A DNA stretch of 39,106 bases from contig JAKLEE010000002.1 in the NCBI GenBank assembly GCA_022703215.1, positions 1 to 39,106 of the forward strand, read 5' to 3'. This document shows positions 34,607-39,106 of the stretch, piece by piece. The DNA comes from Spirochaetota bacterium. Lineage in GTDB: Bacteria > Spirochaetota > Spirochaetia > Treponematales > UBA12059. A program made the position numbers and the translations under genes. The first letter of the stretch is position 1; every line of letters begins with the position of its first letter. The notes beneath the pieces were generated by a model that had not been told where the DNA came from, ran no database searches, and worked only from the letters and a program-made list of their open reading frames with translations.

Positions 34607-35125
34607 GTGGAGTACTTCCTCAACTTCGACAAGATCGCCTACCTGCGGGGCCCGCGCCCCGAGGGCTGCATCCTCTGCCTGATCCGGGACGGGGACGAGC
34701 GGGTGGTGCGGCTCGTGGTTCGCGAGACCGCCTCCTTCTCCGCGTCGGTGAACCTCTACCCCTACAACCCGGGGCACCTGATCCTCTTTCCGAAGCGTCA
34801 TGTCACCGACCTGCGCTCGCTCTCGCGGGCTGAACGCGCGGAGCTCGACGGCTTGTTGGACGAGTGCCTCACGGCCCTCGACGCCACGCACAGCCCCGCG
34901 GGCTACAACTTGGGCTACAACATGGGGCTCGTCGCGGGAGCGAGCATCGAGCATCTGCATCTGCACGTCATACCGCGCTATCCCCGCGAGATCGGCATCG
35001 CGGAGCTCGTGGCCGGCAAGCGCGTCCTGGTCGAAGATCCCTTCGAAACCGAGCGGAGGCTCCGCGCCTGGTTCGCCGAACGCGACGCGGCGGGCGCTCA
35101 GGCCGGAGAGTCCGAGGCTCCGTAA
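34607..35125 (+). CDS. HIT-family nucleotide hydrolase/transferase
   Basis: The histidine triad is IEHLHLHVIPRY. There is an N-terminal CILC motif. The GTG start lies 3 nt after the upstream stop. Confidence 0.8.
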   Translation: MEYFLNFDKIAYLRGPRPEGCILCLIRDGDERVVRLVVRETASFSASVNLYPYNPGHLILFPKRHVTDLRSLSRAERAELDGLLDECLTALDATHSPAGYNLGYNMGLVAGASIEHLHLHVIPRYPREIGIAELVAGKRVLVEDPFETERRLRAWFAERDAAGAQAGESEAP

Positions 35126-35736
35126 GGAAGGATGACGAGGACGGACGAAGGCCCCGGGTCGATGGAGAACTCCCGGCCCACGGTCTCGTTGCTGACGCCG
35201 AAGCCCCCCGGCCCCCATTCCAGGCCGTCCAGGGACCAGCGCAGGCCCCGGCTCGTCATGCCCGTGGCGCCGCCGGCAAGCGGGAACACCGAGACGGTCG
35301 ATCCGGGTTCGGCCTGCCAGGTCCGGGCGCCCGAAATCCTCACCACGCGCTCGCCCGGCGCCCACCACTCGTCCGGGCCCTCGGCGCGTTCGAAGAGGGC
35401 GCGCACCGCGAGCAGGTGGTCGAGCCTTCCGCCGCCGCCGCCAGCCAGCACGACACGGTTCGCTCCCGCGTCCCTGAGCAGGCGCAGGCCGAGCTCGGTG
35501 TCGGTCTCGTCCTTGGCGCGAGGCGCAAGGTGTACGCGGGCCCGCGGATACGACCCCACCAGGGCCAGGTCGCTGACGGAATCCATGTCGCCCGCGATGA
35601 GGTCGGGATCGACGCCCCAAGCCGCGGCGAGGTCGAGGCCGGAGTCCGCGGCGCAGACGAGGCCGAAGCGGCCGAGCAGGCTTTCGATGGCGGAACGGGG
35701 CGGGGCTTCGCCGCCGGTGAGCAGGAGGGCGCGCAT
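35098..35736 (-). CDS. thiN: thiamine diphosphokinase
   Basis: CAADSG, GDMDS, KDETDTELGL and GGGGGRLDHLLA motifs are typical of TPK. The 3' end overlaps the convergent HIT gene by 28 nt. Confidence 0.8.
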   Translation of the reverse strand: MRALLLTGGEAPPRSAIESLLGRFGLVCAADSGLDLAAAWGVDPDLIAGDMDSVSDLALVGSYPRARVHLAPRAKDETDTELGLRLLRDAGANRVVLAGGGGGRLDHLLAVRALFERAEGPDEWWAPGERVVRISGARTWQAEPGSTVSVFPLAGGATGMTSRGLRWSLDGLEWGPGGFGVSNETVGREFSIDPGPSSVLVILPYGASDSPA

Positions 35737-35794
35737 GGCAGCGATTGTCCTCCGCGCGCGGTCGCGGGGTCAAGCGCCGGGCGGGCGCCGGCTC

Positions 35795-35823
35795 TGGACG
35801 CCCGCCCCCCGCTCCGGTACAAA
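35795..35823 (+). promoter_or_regulatory. putative promoter positioned for a leaderless cca transcript
   Basis: TGGACG-N17-TACAAA is followed by 6 nt (CGAAGC) and then the ATG at 35830. There is no Shine-Dalgarno. It was verified via the translation of track ORF 34864..37185. Confidence 0.4.
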
Positions 35824-35829
35824 CGAAGC

Positions 35830-37185
35830 ATGCGGATCGATCATCTGGTTCCGGCGGCCCTCTACGATTTCGGCGCGGTCCTCGCGCGCGCCGGGTTCCA
35901 GGCCTGGATAGTCGGCGGCGCCATCCGTAACCTGGTCCTCGGGCGCGAGCCCTCCGACTGGGACGCCGCCACCGACGCCCGGCCCGAGGACGTGATGCGT
36001 GCCTTCCGCCGTACCGTCCCGACCGGCGTCAAGCATGGCACGGTCACGGTGTTCTGGCGCGACCTCCAGATCGAGACCACAACCTTCCGTGTCGAGGAAG
36101 GCTACGCGGACGGCAGGCGGCCCGACCGCGTCTCGTTCACGCCCGACATCCGCGAGGATCTGAAGCGCCGCGACTTCACCATGAACTCCATGGCCCTGAA
36201 TCTCGCGACGAGGGAGTTCCTCGACCCCCACGACGGGCTCGGCGACCTCGGGCGCCGCCTCGTGCGCGCCATCGGGAACCCGCTCGAGCGTTTCGACGAG
36301 GACGGGCTCAGACCGCTCCGGGCGGTGCGCTTCGCGGGCCAGCTCGGCTACGCGATCGACGGTCCGACCTTCGAGGCCATCGGATCCTCCCTGCACCGCT
36401 TCCGCGCCGTCTCATCCGAGCGCGTCCGCGACGAATTCGCGAAAATCCTGCTCTCGGCCCGGCCCTCCTACGGTATCGGCCTGCTCGAGCGCTCGGGGCT
36501 GCTCGCCGAATTCCTGCCGGAGCTGGCTGCCTGCCGCGGCGTCGAACAGGGCGGCCTCCATTCCTTCGACGTGTTCGACCACCTGGCCGCCGCCTGCGAC
36601 GCGGCCCCGCCCGTTCTCGAGCTCCGGCTTGCGGCCCTGCTCCACGACCTGGGGAAACCGGGCAGGAAGGCGGGCGACGCGGAGGGCGGCTTCAGCTTCC
36701 ATCGACACGAAGAGGATTCCGCGCGCATGGTCAAGGGCATCCTGCCGCGGCTCAAGTTCCCGAACCTCGTCACCGAGCGGGTCGAGCGCCTCGCGCGCCA
36801 CCACATGTTCTCGTACTCCGACGAATGGACCGACGCGGCGGTCAGGCGCTTCGTGGCCCGGGTCGGCGAGGACCTGGTCGAGGACCTCCTCGCGCTGCGG
36901 GTCGCCGATTCGGCGGCCCTGGCGGGAACTCCGCCCGAACCGCGCGGCGTGGAGTCCTTCCGGAAGCGCATCGAGGCCGTGCTCGCCGCGTCGCGGGTGC
37001 TCGGCGTCAAGGACCTGGCGGTGTCCGGCGACGATCTGGCCTCGGTCGGCGTGCCGAAGGGACCGGTCATGGGCCGCCTGCTCGCGGAGCTCCTCGAGAC
37101 CGTCATGGACGACCCCTCGCTGAACGAACGCGAGAGGCTGCTCCTGATCGCGGAACGGATCAAGCCGAAGTACGGCCTTTCGTGA
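35830..37185 (+). CDS. cca: CCA-adding enzyme / tRNA nucleotidyltransferase with HD domain
   Basis: Track ORF 34864..37185 was trimmed to the ATG at 35830 (MRIDHLVPAALYDF). Motifs are GGAIRNLVLGREPSDWDAAT, RRDFTMNSMA, and the HD region HSFDVFDHL...LLHDLGKP. Confidence 0.88.
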   Translation: MRIDHLVPAALYDFGAVLARAGFQAWIVGGAIRNLVLGREPSDWDAATDARPEDVMRAFRRTVPTGVKHGTVTVFWRDLQIETTTFRVEEGYADGRRPDRVSFTPDIREDLKRRDFTMNSMALNLATREFLDPHDGLGDLGRRLVRAIGNPLERFDEDGLRPLRAVRFAGQLGYAIDGPTFEAIGSSLHRFRAVSSERVRDEFAKILLSARPSYGIGLLERSGLLAEFLPELAACRGVEQGGLHSFDVFDHLAAACDAAPPVLELRLAALLHDLGKPGRKAGDAEGGFSFHRHEEDSARMVKGILPRLKFPNLVTERVERLARHHMFSYSDEWTDAAVRRFVARVGEDLVEDLLALRVADSAALAGTPPEPRGVESFRKRIEAVLAASRVLGVKDLAVSGDDLASVGVPKGPVMGRLLAELLETVMDDPSLNERERLLLIAERIKPKYGLS

Positions 37186-37229
37186 AGGGGCCTCAGGCGG
37201 GCCGCGCGGCGCGGCCGGAGGAGGATGCC

Positions 37230-38210
37230 ATGGATGCGGATGCGTTCCACCGCTCGCTGACCGTGGTCGACGGCCATTGCGACACGGTGCTCGACCTGGT
37301 CGGCCGCCCGCTTTCGCGCCCCGGGGGCCTGCCGCGCGACTTCCTCAAGCGCGGAAGCTTCGGCCACCTGGACCTGCCGCGCCTCGTCGAAGGCGGCATG
37401 GCCTGCCAGACCATGGCTCTCTTCGTGGAGGACGCTCTCGTCCCCGACGCCACGGCCGAGACCCATCGCCTCATCGACGCGCTCGAGTCCGTCTTCGACC
37501 GCACCGACCGCTTCGTTCAGGTGACGGACGCCGCCGGCATCCGGGCGGCGCGGCAGGCCGGGAAGCTGGCCGCCCTGCTCTCGATCGAAGGGGGCGAATG
37601 CCTCGGCGGCAGCCTCGACGAGCTCCGCGCGTTCCGCGCGCGCGGCGTGCGCATGCTCGGCCTGACCTGGAACCGCGCGAACGCCCTCGGTCGCGGCGTC
37701 CGCGCCCCGGGCCCGGGCGGCCTCACGGATTTCGGCCGGAAGACGGTGCGGGAGATGGAAAGGCTCGGGATGGTGGTCGACGCGTCCCACCTTTCCGACG
37801 AGGCGCTCGACGACCTGCTCGCGATGGCGGAACGGCCCGTGGTCGCCTCGCACTCGAACGCGCGCGCCGTCTGCCCCGACGACCGGAACCTCGACGACGC
37901 GCGGGCCGAGGCCATCGCGCGCACGGGCGGCCTTGTCGCCCTCACCTTCGCGGGCGCCTTCGTCGATGCTGACCCCGCGCGCGTCTCGCTCGCCCGCTTC
38001 CTCGACCATTTCGAGCACCTGCTCGCCGTGGTCGGCCCCGGGCACCTCGGCCTCGGCTCGGACTTCGACGGCTACACCGACGCGTATGGCGTGGTCCTGC
38101 CATCCTGCGCGGACCTGCCCGCGCTGACGAGCGCCCTGCTCGCGCGGGGGCACGCGGCGGAGACGGTCCGCGGCTTCATGGGAGAGAACTGGCTCAGGAT
38201 ATTCGAATGA
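37230..38210 (+). CDS. dipeptidase, peptidase family M19
   Basis: Track ORF 36825..38210 was trimmed to ATG 37230, which is preceded by GGAGGAGG. Motifs are VVDGHCDT, VVDASHLSD, ASHSNARA and GLGSDFDG. Confidence 0.85.
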   Translation: MDADAFHRSLTVVDGHCDTVLDLVGRPLSRPGGLPRDFLKRGSFGHLDLPRLVEGGMACQTMALFVEDALVPDATAETHRLIDALESVFDRTDRFVQVTDAAGIRAARQAGKLAALLSIEGGECLGGSLDELRAFRARGVRMLGLTWNRANALGRGVRAPGPGGLTDFGRKTVREMERLGMVVDASHLSDEALDDLLAMAERPVVASHSNARAVCPDDRNLDDARAEAIARTGGLVALTFAGAFVDADPARVSLARFLDHFEHLLAVVGPGHLGLGSDFDGYTDAYGVVLPSCADLPALTSALLARGHAAETVRGFMGENWLRIFE

Positions 38211-38244
38211 TGGAAGCCGGAAGGGAAGACTAGGGAAAGAAGCC

Positions 38245-39021
38245 TCAGCCGAGCTCCCTGATGCGCTCAGCCTCGAGCCCGCCCGCGGCGACGATGCCGT
38301 CGTAGGCCATGCGCGCAGCCTCGCGCTCCGCTTCCTTCTTGCTCTTGCCGCCCGCAGGCCCGTAGGAGACTTCGCCGACGCGGCAGAGCACCTGGAAGGT
38401 CCGGTCGTGGTCGGGCCCGACCTTGGCGGCGAGCTCGTAGACCGGGTACTGCCGGCGATACTTCTGCAGGTATTCCTGGAGGATGGTCTTGTAGTCCTTG
38501 CGGTGCCGGCCCTCGAGCACCTTGTCGACCTCGGGGACCGTCAGCCTGAGCACGAAGGCGGCCGCCTTTTCGAAACCCTGGTCGACGTAACAGGCCCCGA
38601 TGACGGCCTCGAGGGCGTCGGCGAGGATGGCCTTCTTGCGCCGCCCGCCGGTCTGCTCCTCGCCCTTCCCCACGCGGATCACCCGGTCGACCCCGAGTTC
38701 CGCCGCGATCGACGAGAGCGTGTCCTCTGACACCACGAAGCTCTTGACCCGCGCCAGCTCGCCCTCGGCCTTGTCGGCGAGGGTCCGGTACAGGTACGAC
38801 GCTACGACGACGCCGAGGACGGCGTCGCCGAGGAATTCGAGTCGTTCGTTGTTCGGGGCCGAGGATTGGTCCTCGTTGGCGAAGGAACGATGGGTGAGGG
38901 CGCGGTCCAGGAGCTCGAGCTCCCTGAACCGCAGCCCGCAGACCTTCTGGAAGGCGTTCAGGACCGACTTGCGCTGGCGGCCGGGGCCGCCCGCCGAAAC
39001 GGCGAACCGGGTCGCCGCCAT
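38245..39021 (-). CDS. rnc: ribonuclease III
   Basis: It has the signature NERLEFLGDAVLGVVVASYLY, a second catalytic region LADALEAVIGA, and a C-terminal dsRBD (DYKTILQEYLQK...GGKSKKEAEREAARMA). The start is uncertain: ATG 39021 was chosen, and GTG 39051 is also open. Confidence 0.88.
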   Translation of the reverse strand: MAATRFAVSAGGPGRQRKSVLNAFQKVCGLRFRELELLDRALTHRSFANEDQSSAPNNERLEFLGDAVLGVVVASYLYRTLADKAEGELARVKSFVVSEDTLSSIAAELGVDRVIRVGKGEEQTGGRRKKAILADALEAVIGACYVDQGFEKAAAFVLRLTVPEVDKVLEGRHRKDYKTILQEYLQKYRRQYPVYELAAKVGPDHDRTFQVLCRVGEVSYGPAGGKSKKEAEREAARMAYDGIVAAGGLEAERIRELG

Positions 39022-39106
39022 CGAAGCCGCCTGCGCCGAAGCCGCCGCCACCCTGCAAACGGTCGGTTGGACCGTACCGGGCGGGGCAGCGGATACCGAC
39101 GGGCGC

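Noticed and set aside
35098-35125. There is a 28-nt convergent 3' overlap between the HIT gene and the thiamine diphosphokinase gene.
   Set aside because: Short convergent overlaps are common in compact GC-rich genomes. There is no additional structure or motif to suggest regulation.
1-39106. I searched for CRISPR repeats, IS/transposase or integrase genes, prophage modules, toxin-antitoxin pairs, restriction-modification genes or other defence genes, and long direct repeats.
   Set aside because: I saw none. The only repeats are short GC-rich hairpins, explained as terminators or structured RNA. The tRNA genes are not flanked by integrase genes or att-like duplications.

Overview
This is a high-GC (roughly 65-68% by eye), gene-dense bacterial chromosomal segment that is almost entirely core housekeeping. 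Many adjacent genes overlap by 1-4 nt at stop/start.

Gene order:
- Plus strand, 1-5354: a 5'-truncated GAF/sigma-54 activator, a TPR-like membrane protein, a CHASE2 class III adenylate cyclase and a lower-GC lipoprotein.
- Minus strand, 5493-14583: one long cell-elongation operon, TPR-mreB-mreC-mreD-mrdA(PBP2)-rodA, ending in a fused radical SAM protein of unknown function.
- Minus strand, 14684-22553: a second long cluster, tRNA-Thr/tRNA-Tyr - terminator - YkgJ-like - MBL hydrolase - 73-aa ORF - mltG - dnaG - rpoD - COG1579 zinc-ribbon protein - RNase P RNA (rnpB).
- Minus strand, 22630-27364: surE - TPR - secreted TPR/NHL/vWA-like protein, and a GHMP (galactokinase-like) kinase.
- Plus strand, 27551-28812: a lipoprotein/HEAT-repeat pair.
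- 28916-39021: an E2-like acyltransferase, glnS, gltX, two hypothetical membrane proteins, a HIT protein, thiamine diphosphokinase, CCA-adding enzyme, an M19 dipeptidase and rnc.

I found no CRISPR array, transposase/IS, integrase, phage, toxin-antitoxin or recognisable defence genes. I cannot honestly point to a clear novel multi-gene system.

The most defensible pieces of unknown biology are:
- the uncharacterised radical SAM fusion translationally coupled to rodA;
- rnpB abutting the stop codon of an HP0958-like zinc-ribbon gene just downstream of rpoD;
- two apparent leaderless transcripts with near-consensus promoters;
- intrinsic terminators that sit directly against the Shine-Dalgarno of the next gene;
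- an E2-like acyltransferase with Glu in place of the catalytic His;
- a GAF-sigma54 activator next to a CHASE2 cyclase.

The taxon cannot be established. A Spirochaetota-like origin is only a weak guess, based on the MreB N-terminus and the gene set.

CDS coordinates use the supplied ORF track, trimmed to plausible starts. Small-motif coordinates were derived by hand and cross-checked against track translations where an overlapping track ORF allowed it; treat them as +/-1-2 nt.
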